Shown piece after piece: positions 39,391-49,816 of a DNA stretch of 64,000 nt (the first letter of the stretch is position 1; the number at the start of each line of letters is the position of its first letter). A program made the position numbers and the translations under genes. The notes below the pieces were generated by a model. That model did no database searches. It was not told the origin of the DNA and worked only from the letters and a program-made list of their open reading frames with translations. Source of the stretch: an uncultured Gemmatimonadaceae bacterium (GTDB lineage Bacteria; Gemmatimonadota; Gemmatimonadetes; Gemmatimonadales; Gemmatimonadaceae); assembly GCA_963781585.1 (NCBI GenBank), contig CAWAGQ010000004.1:832001-896000 (forward strand), given 5' to 3'.

Positions 39391-39761
39391 CCTCCCCCCG
39401 CCAGCGAAAATGCGTCTTCCAGATGCCGGATCCGGACTCGTCCGTTGGCCACGAGCACTCCGATCACGTCGAACCTGTAGTGCTCACCAGGACGTCCGTG
39501 ACGGTCGATCCAGGTGGTTGCCGAACGAATCAAGTCATTACGTTTCCGCCAGTTAACTGCCTCCGTGGGATCTCCATACTGAACTCGGGTCCGCGCCTTC
39601 ACCTCGATGAACGCGACGAGCCCGTCCCGCTCCGCAATGAGGTCAATGTCACGGTGCCCGGTACGATACCGTCGCTCGAGCACCCGCCAGCCGCGTCCAC
39701 GAAGCCAACGCTCGGCGATTCGCTCTCCGGTCACGCCGAAACGATCTGTCTGACTCGTCAC
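39387..39761 (-). CDS. YraN (UPF0102) family PD-(D/E)XK protein
   Basis: GE..A...L...G, DID.IA, F.EVK.R and RFDV. Confidence 0.9.
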   Translation of the reverse strand: MTSQTDRFGVTGERIAERWLRGRGWRVLERRYRTGHRDIDLIAERDGLVAFIEVKARTRVQYGDPTEAVNWRKRNDLIRSATTWIDRHGRPGEHYRFDVIGVLVANGRVRIRHLEDAFSLAGGG

Positions 39762-39911
39762 GGCGCGAAGATAGGGAGCGCGTGCTATCGGTGTGTCACC
39801 CTTTTGTCGCGAGCCGAAGCCTGGCACTGCGTCCGCTCGGGCCCGCCTCACTCTCCAGGACAGCGCGCGCTCAGTCTGTGATCGCGCCAACCGGCGCCGC
39901 TGGCACCGGAC

Positions 39912-42212
39912 CTACGCTTCGGGGGTCTCCGGACCGCACAGCCTGTCGAGACTCTCCAGGCCGACCAGGATATCGCGTGGCTTCGAGCCATTCGGCGGAC
40001 CCAGGACGCCGGCTGCGTGCAGCTGGTCGATGATCCGCGCCGCGCGGCCGTACCCGATGCCCAGACGACGCTGCAGGAGCGAGGTCGAACCAAGTTCGTG
40101 CTGGATGCACACTTCTGCCGCGCGGCGGAAAAGCTCGTCCCGACGGTCGTCGACCGCGTGCTGTTCGTCCTCGGACTCGGCCGCCTCCAGTGCCTCGCGC
40201 GCCCGCACCTGTTCCAGCAAGTCGGGCTCCAACCGTGCATCGTCAGCCGCGAGCCCGCGGGCCGTCAGCTCGGCCCGGCGCGCGGTACGCCGCTCTTCGT
40301 ACCACAGCATCAGCTTCTCGGTGTCTTCGCCAGGAATGAACGCGCCCTGAATACGCAGCGGCTCCGACTTTCCGGGCGGAATGAACAGCATGTCGCCATT
40401 GCCGAGCAGGGATTCGGCGCCGATTCCGTCGATGATGGTACGGCTGTCTACCTGCGACGCCACCCGGAAGGCAATGCGACTGGGGAAGTTCGCCTTGATG
40501 AGCCCCGTGATGACGTTCACGCTGGGACGCTGTGTCGCAAGCAGGAGGTGAATCCCGATCGCCCGGGCCTTCTGCGCGAGGAGCGCGAGCGGTGTTTCGA
40601 CTTCTCCCTGTACGGTCATCATCAGGTCGGCGAGTTCGTCGATCACGATGACGATGTACGGCTGAATGCCGTCGCGGTACGTGCGATCCTCGAACGCGAC
40701 GGCGGCGTTCTTCGGATGCAGCAGGTGCGCGCCCTCCTGCACGCGCTTGTTGAATTCCTGGATGTTCCGCACGGCGTTGGCGGCCAGCAGATGGTACCGG
40801 TTGTGCATCTCCATCACGGCCCACTTGAGCAACGACGCGGCGTCGCGGTTGTCGGTGACAACGCGGTAGCGCAGATGCGGCATGCGATTGTAGACCGAAA
40901 GTTCGACCATCTTGGGGTCGATCATCAGGAAACGCAGCGTCTGCGGCGTGTGCCGGTAGATCAGGCTGGTCACGATGGTGTTCACGCAGACCGACTTTCC
41001 CGAACCGGTCGCACCGGCGATCAGGAGGTGCGGCATCCTGGCGAGATCGGCTACTACCGGATGTCCCTCGAGATCCTTGCCCAACGCGATTGGCAGGGAC
41101 GCACGGGCATTCTTGTACTCGCGCGACTCCACTAGCTCACGGAACGAGACGAGCTCGGCCGACGGATTCGGCACTTCCACGCCGACCGCCCCGCGTCCCG
41201 GGATTGGGGCCACCACGCGGATGCTCGGTGCGCGCATCGCGAGAGCGAGGTCGTTGGCCAGATTCGCGAACTGGCGCACTTTCACCCCCGGCGCCGGTTC
41301 GATCTCGAATTGCGTCACCACCGGACCGGTTGTGCGGCCCACCAGTTCCCCATCGACCCGGAAGGTGCGGAGCGCGTCCATCAGCTTCTGGCCCATCGCG
41401 TCGAGCTCGCGCCGACTCACCTCCACGTTGCTTGGAGGCACCTGTGCGAGCAGATCGGTGGGTGGCACCATCTCATCGTACGAGGCGCCTTCGCCGGGAA
41501 TGGTGAGCATGCCGTCGTCCCGTCCGCCCGCATCGGAGGCGGTAGCCGAGGACCGTGCAGTGCGTTCACGCCGTCGCCGGCCCCCGAACTCCTGGATTGC
41601 CGGGGCGTCTGCTTCCCCGGTGTCAGACTCGATGCCCGGCATCTCCTGCGGAGGGGGTTCCAGCCGCTGCGCCAGCGTTGCCTCCGGAGGAACCACTCCG
41701 CTCCCGGGCGAGGAGGCGCTCCCGATGATTGCGCGGATCGGGTTCCAGCGAAGCGTCCAGGCCATCAGCACACTGCCGCCCAGGGCAAGTACGATCCATG
41801 CGCCGGCGGTACCGAATCCGGCGCGAAGGTAGTAGGCGAGAAAGCTCCCCCACAGTCCGGAAACCGGCGTCGCATCGGGATCCGCTCCGGTCGCCAGTCC
41901 CAGCCCTACGGGCAGCAGCAGCGCCAAGCCGAGCAGGAAGATCATCCACGACCGATCGGTGGACGATCTCGTTCGCCCCATCAGCCTCAGGCCGTGCACC
42001 GCTGCGGCCAGTGGCAGGAGCGCTGATGCGGCGCCGCCGACCAGAACCAGAAGCCCCTGCTTGACGCAGGCCCCCACGGGACCGAAGACCCCGCGGGCCG
42101 CGATGCAGGATTGCGTGTCGGGCAAGGGCTGCAGAAGGAGCGCGCCGGCGACGAACACCGCCAGCAGCAGGAGGGCAATGCCGGCCAGCTCCCGCCTCAG
42201 CGCAGGACTCAC
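39912..42212 (-). CDS. ftsK: DNA translocase FtsK/SpoIIIE
   Basis: N-terminal TMs, PHLLIAGATGSGKS, IDPK.VEL, DELADLM, ATQRPS, and a gamma domain with LQRRL.IGY.RAAR. Confidence 0.97.
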   Translation of the reverse strand: MSPALRRELAGIALLLLAVFVAGALLLQPLPDTQSCIAARGVFGPVGACVKQGLLVLVGGAASALLPLAAAVHGLRLMGRTRSSTDRSWMIFLLGLALLLPVGLGLATGADPDATPVSGLWGSFLAYYLRAGFGTAGAWIVLALGGSVLMAWTLRWNPIRAIIGSASSPGSGVVPPEATLAQRLEPPPQEMPGIESDTGEADAPAIQEFGGRRRRERTARSSATASDAGGRDDGMLTIPGEGASYDEMVPPTDLLAQVPPSNVEVSRRELDAMGQKLMDALRTFRVDGELVGRTTGPVVTQFEIEPAPGVKVRQFANLANDLALAMRAPSIRVVAPIPGRGAVGVEVPNPSAELVSFRELVESREYKNARASLPIALGKDLEGHPVVADLARMPHLLIAGATGSGKSVCVNTIVTSLIYRHTPQTLRFLMIDPKMVELSVYNRMPHLRYRVVTDNRDAASLLKWAVMEMHNRYHLLAANAVRNIQEFNKRVQEGAHLLHPKNAAVAFEDRTYRDGIQPYIVIVIDELADLMMTVQGEVETPLALLAQKARAIGIHLLLATQRPSVNVITGLIKANFPSRIAFRVASQVDSRTIIDGIGAESLLGNGDMLFIPPGKSEPLRIQGAFIPGEDTEKLMLWYEERRTARRAELTARGLAADDARLEPDLLEQVRAREALEAAESEDEQHAVDDRRDELFRRAAEVCIQHELGSTSLLQRRLGIGYGRAARIIDQLHAAGVLGPPNGSKPRDILVGLESLDRLCGPETPEA

Positions 42213-42216
42213 CGCG

Positions 42217-42963
42217 CTACCGCTCCCGCGGCGTGCCGAAGGTCGTGATCTGCCGGTCCTGGTAGACGGGGATCACGGAGCAGGTGTCGATGCCGGCGCA
42301 CACCACCAGATCCTCGGCGTACCCGTTGGTGGAGAGGGCGCGCCCGTGGGTGCTGGCAGCGAACATCCGCGACAGATCGTGGCCGTATCGCTTGTCGATC
42401 AGGACAGCCACGGTGGCGGCGTCATTGAGGTCGGCCCGCCGGCCGCGCCGCGTCATCCCGCGAACGAACCGTCCAGCGCAGGCGGCGTCTTCGAGCGAGA
42501 AGCGGCGTTCCCGCCCCGCGCAGACGATCGCGATGTCGGCATCGGCACGGGCCGCCGCCCGCAGCATCGCCAGCACCGCGGAGTAGTTGACGTACGAACC
42601 CACTACCACATCGCGCGCGCTCTGGCTGTTGACCAGCGCCCCGGTGCCATTGGTCGTGGTGAACAGGATGGTCTTGCCCTCGACGGCCTCTCGCGTGAAG
42701 TCGCGTGGGGAATTTCCCAGGTCGAAACCGGGAATCGCGTGCATCCGCCGTTCTCCCGCCAGCAGCACCTCACGGCGCTCGAATGCCTTCCGGCGGGTGA
42801 TCGCTTCCTCCGCGTCCTCGAAGGGGATGATGTTCTTCGCGCCGTTGGCCAGGGCCACCGCGATGGTCGTGGATGCGCGCAGGACATCGATCACGAGCAC
42901 CACCCGTCCACTCACATCCGCCGGTGTCAGCGACCCCCCACTGAAGAAGACGTCTATCCGCAC
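42217..42963 (-). CDS. comB: 2-phosphosulfolactate phosphatase family protein
   Basis: VIDVLRA.TT, LAGER, FDLGNSP, TTTNGT and FSLED. Confidence 0.88.
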   Translation of the reverse strand: MRIDVFFSGGSLTPADVSGRVVLVIDVLRASTTIAVALANGAKNIIPFEDAEEAITRRKAFERREVLLAGERRMHAIPGFDLGNSPRDFTREAVEGKTILFTTTNGTGALVNSQSARDVVVGSYVNYSAVLAMLRAAARADADIAIVCAGRERRFSLEDAACAGRFVRGMTRRGRRADLNDAATVAVLIDKRYGHDLSRMFAASTHGRALSTNGYAEDLVVCAGIDTCSVIPVYQDRQITTFGTPRER

Positions 42964-42964
42964 C

Positions 42965-44320
42965 CTACCCGGGGTCCTTGAAGAGGCCGACTTCGCGTTC
43001 AAGGAACTTGGTGTCGAAGTCGCCGGCTCGAAAGCGCTCATGGTCCAGCACGCGTCCCAGGAAAGCGGTGGTAGTGGTAACGCCCTCGATGATAAAACTG
43101 TCGAGCGCGATCTGCATGCGGCGGATTGCCTCGTCGCGGTTATCGCCCTGCGCGATCAGCTTCGCCAACAGAGAATCGTAATACGGTGGCACCGTGTAGC
43201 CGGTGTAGACGTGGGTGTCGACGCGAATGCCCGGACCGCCCGGGGGATGAAATACCTCGATGCGTCCCGGACTGGGTTGGAAAGCCCGGGCCGGGTCCTC
43301 GGCGTTGATGCGGCATTCGATCACGTGGCCCCGCAGCGGCGGGATCTCTGCAATGGACAGCTCCTCGCCGGCCGCCACGCGGATCTGCTCCTTCACCAGG
43401 TCCACTCCAGTCAACACCTCGGTTACGGGATGCTCGACCTGGATGCGCGTGTTCATTTCCATGAAGTAGAACTCGCCCGTTTCGTCCAGGAGCATCTCGA
43501 TCGTGCCGGCTCCCACGTATGAAATGGCCTTCGCGCCGCGCACCGCGGCGTCCCCCATCTCCTCGCGAAGTGCCGGTGTGACCGCCGGGCTCGGCGCCTC
43601 CTCGATCAGCTTCTGATGACGCCGCTGGATGGAACAGTCGCGTTCACCCAGGTGCAGCAGGTGCCCGTGCTGGTCTCCGAGAATCTGGAATTCGATGTGC
43701 CTGGGTCGGGCGAGGTACTTCTCGACGTAGACTTCGTCGTTGCCGAACGCGGAGAGCGCCTCGGAGCGGGCCAGCGAGAACGATCGTGAGAACTCGGCGT
43801 CGTTCCTGGCCACGCGCATTCCCTTGCCCCCACCGCCGGCTGCCGCCTTGATGATGACGGGGAACCCGATCTCGCGGGCTACTGCCGCTGCGTCGTCCGG
43901 ATCGGAAACCGGACCCGGTGACCCGGGAACAATGGGGACACCCACCTTTGCCATCGCCTTTCGCGCCTCGGCCTTGTCGCCCATGACGCGAAGCTGTTCG
44001 ACCGTTGGGCCGATGAAGGTGATGTTCGATGCCGCGCACGTTTCCGCGAATTCGGCGTTTTCGGCCAGGAACCCGTAGCCCGGATGAATCGCGTCGGCGC
44101 CCGTGATTTCGGCGGCCGCGATGATGCGCGGAATCTTGAGGTACGACTCCTTGGCCGGCGGAGGACCGATGCATACGTCGTCGTCGGCGAACCGGACGTG
44201 CAGCGACTCGCGATCTGCCTCGGAATAGATGGCGACGGTTTCGATGCCGAGTTCGCGGCAGGCACGGATCACGCGCAGCGCGATCTCACCCCGGTTCGCG
44301 ACAAGGACTTTCCTGAACAT
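42965..44320 (-). CDS. accC: Acetyl-CoA carboxylase, biotin carboxylase subunit
   Basis: [37 protein letters not shown] and [10 protein letters not shown]. Confidence 0.97.
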   Translation of the reverse strand: MFRKVLVANRGEIALRVIRACRELGIETVAIYSEADRESLHVRFADDDVCIGPPPAKESYLKIPRIIAAAEITGADAIHPGYGFLAENAEFAETCAASNITFIGPTVEQLRVMGDKAEARKAMAKVGVPIVPGSPGPVSDPDDAAAVAREIGFPVIIKAAAGGGGKGMRVARNDAEFSRSFSLARSEALSAFGNDEVYVEKYLARPRHIEFQILGDQHGHLLHLGERDCSIQRRHQKLIEEAPSPAVTPALREEMGDAAVRGAKAISYVGAGTIEMLLDETGEFYFMEMNTRIQVEHPVTEVLTGVDLVKEQIRVAAGEELSIAEIPPLRGHVIECRINAEDPARAFQPSPGRIEVFHPPGGPGIRVDTHVYTGYTVPPYYDSLLAKLIAQGDNRDEAIRRMQIALDSFIIEGVTTTTAFLGRVLDHERFRAGDFDTKFLEREVGLFKDPG

Positions 44321-44349
44321 GCGGCGTCGTCAGGCGTTCGCCGGGCGCG

Positions 44350-45519
44350 CTACTTGGAGTCCCTCTGAAATTCGTCCCACGACGTGTCGCTCGATGCCGC
44401 CACCCCTTGTACCCGGAGCGCGAACTCGCTCGGGTTCGACGCGTAGAACAGCGCGCTCTCGTAGGAAATGACTCCCTTCGTGTACCAGAGCATCAGGGAC
44501 TGGTCGAAGCTCTGCATGCCGTACTGCGCGGTCCCTTCCTTGATGAGATCCGGAATATTGAGGGTCTTCGTCACATCGCGAATCTGGTCTCGCACGGCGG
44601 CGGTGTTGATCAGGATCTCGCACGCCGGAACGCGGCCCGGGCGATCGCACCGGGGGACCAGCCGCTGCGACACGACTGCGGTCAGCGCACTGGACAGGGC
44701 GTACCGCACCTCGTTCTGCTGGTGCGGCGGATAGAACGAGAGAATGCGATTGATGGTCTGGGTGGCGTCGGTCGTGTGCAGAGTCGAGAACACCAGGTGA
44801 CCGGTGTCGGCCGCCTTGAGGGCCGTGTCGAGCGTGTCGGGATCGCGAATTTCACCGATCAGGACGACGTCCGGGTCCTGGCGGAGCACCCGTCGCAGCG
44901 CCTGCGCAAAACTCCCGGTATCGGTGCCGATCTCTCGCTGGTTGATGTGGCACTTGAGGTCGCGATGCAGGAATTCGATCGGGTCCTCGATAGTGATGAT
45001 GTTCGCGTATCTCCGCTCGTTGATCAGCTGGATCATCGACGCGAGCGTGGTGGACTTGCCCGAGCCGGTCACACCCGTCACGAGCACCAGACCTCGAGGA
45101 GACAGCGACACCGATTCGACGATGGCCGGCAGGTTGAGCTCGCCGATCGATCGCGCCTGATGCGGAATCGTGCGGATGGCGAAGGCGATCGTCCCGCGTT
45201 GCTGGTACGCGTTGACGCGAAAGCGACCGATTCCCGGAACACCGGTGGCGAAATCCGCCTCCCGGTATTCGGTGAATTCCTTCACCTGCTTGGGCGACAT
45301 GCTCTCCTTGGCGAGCGCGTTCAGGTCCTCCGGCCGCAACGCCGGCAACGGCAGCGGGGACAGATCGCCGTGGATACGAAGGGTCGGTGGACGTCCGACC
45401 TTGAGGTGAAGATCGGAGGCGCCCAGCTGCACCATCTGCTGGAGAATCGCCTTGAAGTTGAAGGGAGGGCGCGCCGCGCTGTGAGCGGTCGCGTCGAGGC
45501 CCTGAACCGAACTAGCCAT
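44350..45519 (-). CDS. pilT: PilT/PilU-family type IV pilus retraction ATPase
   Basis: ASDLH, RFRVN, TG.TGSGKSTT, TIEDPIE, QRE.G, LRQDPD...GE.RD and TGH...STLHT. Confidence 0.93.
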   Translation of the reverse strand: MASSVQGLDATAHSAARPPFNFKAILQQMVQLGASDLHLKVGRPPTLRIHGDLSPLPLPALRPEDLNALAKESMSPKQVKEFTEYREADFATGVPGIGRFRVNAYQQRGTIAFAIRTIPHQARSIGELNLPAIVESVSLSPRGLVLVTGVTGSGKSTTLASMIQLINERRYANIITIEDPIEFLHRDLKCHINQREIGTDTGSFAQALRRVLRQDPDVVLIGEIRDPDTLDTALKAADTGHLVFSTLHTTDATQTINRILSFYPPHQQNEVRYALSSALTAVVSQRLVPRCDRPGRVPACEILINTAAVRDQIRDVTKTLNIPDLIKEGTAQYGMQSFDQSLMLWYTKGVISYESALFYASNPSEFALRVQGVAASSDTSWDEFQRDSK

Positions 45520-46015
45520 TGGGGTCCACCCGGAAAAGAACCTGACCGTACTCCACGGGGTGAGCGTCCTGCACGCAGACCTCTTTCACGACGCCGGCGA
45601 ATTCCGATTCAATCTCGTTCATGATCTTCATCGCCTCGATGATGCACAGCACCTGTCCCTTCGAGATCCTGGCCCCCATCGTCACGTACGGTTTGGTCCC
45701 TGGTTCGGGTTGCGCATAGAACGTTCCGACCATCGGAGACTTCACCTCCAGCAGCGGCGTCTTCGGCGCCTCCACCACCGGTGGCGCCGAGTCCGGGACA
45801 GCCTGAGATCCATCGGTCGGTGTCACGCGGCCGGGCGTCGCCGAGGGCGCCACCGCGGGCATGGGAACCGGCGTCGGACTCTGAACCGGACCACGGTGTT
45901 GCGGCGTCTTCGAGATGCGGATCTTCATCCCCTTGTCGGAGGAAATCTCGACCGAATCGACGGTCGATCCGTCCAGCATCTCGATGAGCTTCTTTACATA
46001 TCGTAAGTCGATCAT
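45512..46015 (-). CDS. accB: Acetyl-CoA carboxylase, biotin carboxyl carrier protein
   Basis: SPMVGTFY and the EAMKIMNE biotinylation motif. Confidence 0.96.
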   Translation of the reverse strand: MIDLRYVKKLIEMLDGSTVDSVEISSDKGMKIRISKTPQHRGPVQSPTPVPMPAVAPSATPGRVTPTDGSQAVPDSAPPVVEAPKTPLLEVKSPMVGTFYAQPEPGTKPYVTMGARISKGQVLCIIEAMKIMNEIESEFAGVVKEVCVQDAHPVEYGQVLFRVDPNG

Positions 46016-46043
46016 ACCCGGGTCTTGGTCACGCATCCGGTCC

Positions 46044-47132
46044 TCACGCCAGCTCGAGGAGCTCGCGGGGAAACTCCGTCAGAACCTCCGCGCCGTCCGC
46101 GCTGAGGTGTACATCGTCTTCGATGCGTACGCCTCCCCACCCCGGGATGTAGGCCCCGGGCTCGATCGTCACGACGGCGCCCGGTGGCAGCACCCCGTCC
46201 GCAGTTCTGGAAAGGCGCGGCGACTCGTGGACTTCCAGTCCCAGGCCATGACCCAACCCGTGCCCGAAGGCATCGCCAAATCCGCGCGCTCCCAGAACGT
46301 CACGTGCGATGGCGTCAGCGTCCCGACCACGCATGCCGGCACGTACCCCCGCGCGCGCCGCCCCGCCGGCATCGCGAACCGCCGCGTGGACCTCCACCTG
46401 GCGTTCAGTCGCGCGGCCCACCACCACCGTCCGTGTCACGTCCGCACAGTAACCGCCGGCCACCGCCCCAAAATCCAACAGCAGAAACTCGCCGCGCGCA
46501 ATGGCGCGGTCTCCCGGACTCGCGTGAGGCAGCGCGCTCCGCGCCCCTGAAGCAACAATCGCGTCGAACGGGTGCCGTTCGGATCCCGCGTCGCGCAGGT
46601 GGCGCTCGAGGAGACCGGCGACCGCCAGTTCGCTCAGTCCCGGGCGTACGTCAGCCAGCGTCTTCGCCAGGGCCGCGGTGGCAATCTGGCCCGCCTGTCG
46701 GATCAGCTCGACCTCGCACGCATCCTTGCGCTCCCGCAACGACTCCACCAGGTCCGTCGTCGGGCGCCAGTGCCATTTGTTGCCTTCATCCAGAAGACGC
46801 TGGAAGTCGCGATGCGTCAGGTGCGCCGACTCGAACCCGGCGGCGCTCACGCCAGCGGTTTCGCCCAACATCGCCCACAACCCCGTCCACACGCTCACGC
46901 TCTCCACGCGAACGCGCGCCGTGTTCCCGACTTCCTCGGCAACCTGGATCTCGTAACGGAAATCGGTGAGGAAGAGGAGATCGCGGGCGGTCACGAACAC
47001 CAGCGCGTTCGATCCGCTGAACCCCGTCAGGTAGCGGATGTTCGCGAGGCCGGAAACGAGAAGCCCGTCGAGGTGTGAGTCGACGAGCCGGTCGCGAAGG
47101 GCGGCGAGCCTCCGAGGTCGCGCGTCAGCCAC
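46044..47132 (-). CDS. Xaa-Pro aminopeptidase (M24B)
   Basis: N..YL.GF, TD.RY, D.G....Y..D.TRT, HGLGHG.G..VHE, TIEPG.Y and GVRIED. Confidence 0.92.
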   Translation of the reverse strand: MADARPRRLAALRDRLVDSHLDGLLVSGLANIRYLTGFSGSNALVFVTARDLLFLTDFRYEIQVAEEVGNTARVRVESVSVWTGLWAMLGETAGVSAAGFESAHLTHRDFQRLLDEGNKWHWRPTTDLVESLRERKDACEVELIRQAGQIATAALAKTLADVRPGLSELAVAGLLERHLRDAGSERHPFDAIVASGARSALPHASPGDRAIARGEFLLLDFGAVAGGYCADVTRTVVVGRATERQVEVHAAVRDAGGAARAGVRAGMRGRDADAIARDVLGARGFGDAFGHGLGHGLGLEVHESPRLSRTADGVLPPGAVVTIEPGAYIPGWGGVRIEDDVHLSADGAEVLTEFPRELLELA

Positions 47133-47565
47133 GGCGCGAGAGGCTCGCAACGAGTCCTCGCAACGCCAGTTCGTACCCGTAGGCGCCGAACCCGCAGATC
47201 ATCGCCCGCGCGCTCGAGGCAAGCAACGACCGTCGTCGCTCGGGCTCGCGCGCAAAGATGTTGGACAGGTGGACCTCGACGAATGGGAGTGACAGTGCGG
47301 CCAGGGCATCGCGGATTGCGAGGCTCGTGTGGGTATAAGCCCCAGCGTTGATAATCGCACCGTCCGCCGATCCCCGCATCCCCTGAATCGCGTCGATTAG
47401 AACACCCTCATGATTCGACTGCACGAACTCGAGCTCGACACCCAGGTCGCGTGCGATATCCCGAAGCCGCGCCTCGATGTCAGCGAGCGTCGTCGTTCCG
47501 TAGACGTCGGGCTCCCGGGTGCCCAGAAGATTCAGATTGGGTCCGTTGAGGACAGCGATCCTCAC
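47125..47565 (-). CDS. aroQ: Type II 3-dehydroquinate dehydratase
   Basis: [29 protein letters not shown] and EVHLSN. Confidence 0.97.
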   Translation of the reverse strand: MRIAVLNGPNLNLLGTREPDVYGTTTLADIEARLRDIARDLGVELEFVQSNHEGVLIDAIQGMRGSADGAIINAGAYTHTSLAIRDALAALSLPFVEVHLSNIFAREPERRRSLLASSARAMICGFGAYGYELALRGLVASLSRRG

Positions 47566-49634
47566 TTCTTCTTCAGTCCGTCGAGCCAGGTGTTGAATTG
47601 CTGAATGTCCTTCGCCCGCTCATCGGCGACGGACTCCGTTCCGTCCGTAGTCGGAGTCTCGCCCGGCTGCGCGTCATAGAACGCGTCGAGGGTTGGCGCC
47701 GCCGCCGGCTCTTCGTGGAAGAGATGGTCGAGCGAGAGTTCGCGCTGCGAGACGCGAGACGGCCGACCCACTGACGGCATTCCGTTCGAGAAAGCAGCCG
47801 CCAACGAGGCAGCCGCTGAATCCTCCTGCGGGGGCGGCGGCGCGCCAAACAGCTCGGTCAAGCCGGGTGATCCTGACGGCAGTCCAGGCAGGCTCAGGTC
47901 GGTTGCAGCGTGAGGCTGATTCTCCGTGGAGGCCGACGCGAGAGTATCGGACGGCGGGGCCGCCGACTCGGCCGCCAGCATGTCGGGGCCGTCGTGTGGC
48001 GCCCGCCTGGGATCCGCCGTGCGATGGCGCTGGTGCGGAATCCGACGGGCCAGCAATCCGAAGAACGTGCGCACCGATTGCGCGGCCATTTCTCCGCCCG
48101 CGACGCGGTGCGACGCGGGAGTCGCAACGAGCGCCTCGGCGCCCGCACCGGTTTGAAGCCCCTCTATGAGACCTCGAAGAGTATCGTCTGACGGATTGCG
48201 GCTGAGCAACTCCCTGTAGATCTCGAGCGCCTCTTCGCGAAACCCCTGTTCGAGGTACAATTCCGCAAGCGTTTCCGTTGCGAAGGGAGCCAGTGCAGGC
48301 CGGTCCGGCGGTGGCGCGCTCGTATATGCGATGGGTGTTTCCCACGCATCAGATTGGGGTAGTCCGTGAACGTCGTCGTCGACCTGGTCGGCGCGCTCGA
48401 GGTGAACTCCCTGATCAGGCTGGTCGGCGCGCTCGAGGTGAACATCCTGATCAGGCTGGTCGGCGTGCTCGAGGTGAACATCCTGATCAGGCTGGTCGGC
48501 GTGCTCGAGGTGAACACCCTGATCAGGATGGTCGGCGTGATCAGGCTGGTCGCCGTAGTCTGGCAGTTCGAGTGGCGCGGACGCGGCGGCGTCTGATGGC
48601 GTGAGGCCTTCCATTGCGGACTCGGCCACCCCGTGAGCGGCGGTTCCGAAAAGCGCTTCGATGTCATCCTCTGCCGGGCCCGCGCTCACCGACTCTTCCT
48701 CGTCCAGAGGGAATGCGAGGGTATCGTCGTCGGCATCCGTATCGAACGGGCCATCGAACCAGTCGTGCGGCGCCGCGTCGGAGTCCGGTTCGGATGTATC
48801 GGAAGCGGGGCCATCCCAAGAGGTGTCCAGGCCCGCATGAGCGTCGTGGGATTCCGCTGGCGGACCGAAGGCTGAGTCGTCGGCACGATCGGCTGCGTCG
48901 GCCGCGCCGGTCTGATGCGACGAGAGCCACGAAGTCGATGACACATCCTGCTCGTCCGCCGGAGGTGGTGTATCCACCGTCCCGGGCCAGACCGCCTCTT
49001 CCGCCAGAGAGTCGCTGGAAACAGCTAGCGGTTCCGAGTTCGCGTCGGCAAGCGGCTCCGCCGCAGCCGACACATCCATCGGCGGATTGGCGGGAGTCGA
49101 TGCGTTCTCCGACTCGGCGTTGTGCCACGACTCCCCGTGGGACACGGCTACGGCCCCGGCGTCAGCCGCGATTGCCGTATCCGGTGAGGAATCAGCGCGG
49201 TCCCCCTCGGTCGACGCGTGCCCCTCGTCGTTAGGTTCGTCTTCGAGTCCGGCCATGATGGCGGCGATCTCGCTGTTCCGCGGATCGGCGTCGAGCACGC
49301 GCTGATACCAGGTCCGCGCATCGTCGCGGTCTCCGCGCTCACGCGCGATGTCACCCATGTAGCGAAGCGCGATGAGATTCTCGGGATCGAGCCCGAGGGC
49401 GGACTCGAACGCCGAGCGCGCGCCGTCGAGGTCCGCCAGATCGAAGAGCGCCTGGGCCAGCACAATGTGACCGCTGACGTGCCCCGGTTGCGACGCAAGC
49501 TGCGAACGACAGATGTCGATCGCCTGCGTCAGGTCTCCGAGTTTCCTCAGTTCGTTCGCAAGTGGCGCGAAGTACCGGCGGGGATTCTCGTCGAATTTCT
49601 GCTTCAGCTCTTCGATTCGTACTGAGGTGGCCAT
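47562..49634 (-). CDS. TPR protein with a long acidic low-complexity linker
   Basis: N-terminal TPRs, a D/E/A/P-rich centre, an internal [13 protein letters not shown] and a C-terminal F..WL..LK helix. Confidence 0.8.
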   Translation of the reverse strand: MATSVRIEELKQKFDENPRRYFAPLANELRKLGDLTQAIDICRSQLASQPGHVSGHIVLAQALFDLADLDGARSAFESALGLDPENLIALRYMGDIARERGDRDDARTWYQRVLDADPRNSEIAAIMAGLEDEPNDEGHASTEGDRADSSPDTAIAADAGAVAVSHGESWHNAESENASTPANPPMDVSAAAEPLADANSEPLAVSSDSLAEEAVWPGTVDTPPPADEQDVSSTSWLSSHQTGAADAADRADDSAFGPPAESHDAHAGLDTSWDGPASDTSEPDSDAAPHDWFDGPFDTDADDDTLAFPLDEEESVSAGPAEDDIEALFGTAAHGVAESAMEGLTPSDAAASAPLELPDYGDQPDHADHPDQGVHLEHADQPDQDVHLEHADQPDQDVHLERADQPDQGVHLERADQVDDDVHGLPQSDAWETPIAYTSAPPPDRPALAPFATETLAELYLEQGFREEALEIYRELLSRNPSDDTLRGLIEGLQTGAGAEALVATPASHRVAGGEMAAQSVRTFFGLLARRIPHQRHRTADPRRAPHDGPDMLAAESAAPPSDTLASASTENQPHAATDLSLPGLPSGSPGLTELFGAPPPPQEDSAAASLAAAFSNGMPSVGRPSRVSQRELSLDHLFHEEPAAAPTLDAFYDAQPGETPTTDGTESVADERAKDIQQFNTWLDGLKKK
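48384..48539. repeat. Coding tandem repeat, 36 nt x about 4.3 ([12 protein letters not shown])
   Basis: Units start at 48384, 48420, 48456, 48492 and 48528 (partial), with no spacers. Confidence 0.9.
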
Positions 49635-49732
49635 ACCCAGCCCCCGGTTTCATCGTGCCGAACGGGCGCACCTGGTGTGTGCGCGGGATCGTATGCCAGA
49701 CGACCGACGACTCGCAGAAGTGACACTGTAAC

Positions 49733-49762
49733 TTGATTTTAGACGCAGATCACAAATAGCTT
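49733..49762 (+). promoter_or_regulatory. Sigma70-type promoter in the AT-rich divergent intergenic region
   Basis: TTGATT-N18-TAGCTT upstream of the AGGAG SD of the PPIase gene. Confidence 0.45.
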
Positions 49763-49816
49763 TCCTGGTTCGAATTGTAAGGTATTTCTTCCGAATCCAC
49801 CCAGGAGTTTGCGCCC

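Noticed and set aside
48384..48551. 36-nt repeats as a CRISPR array
   Set aside because: The units are directly adjacent with no spacers, lie in frame within a CDS, and no cas genes are present
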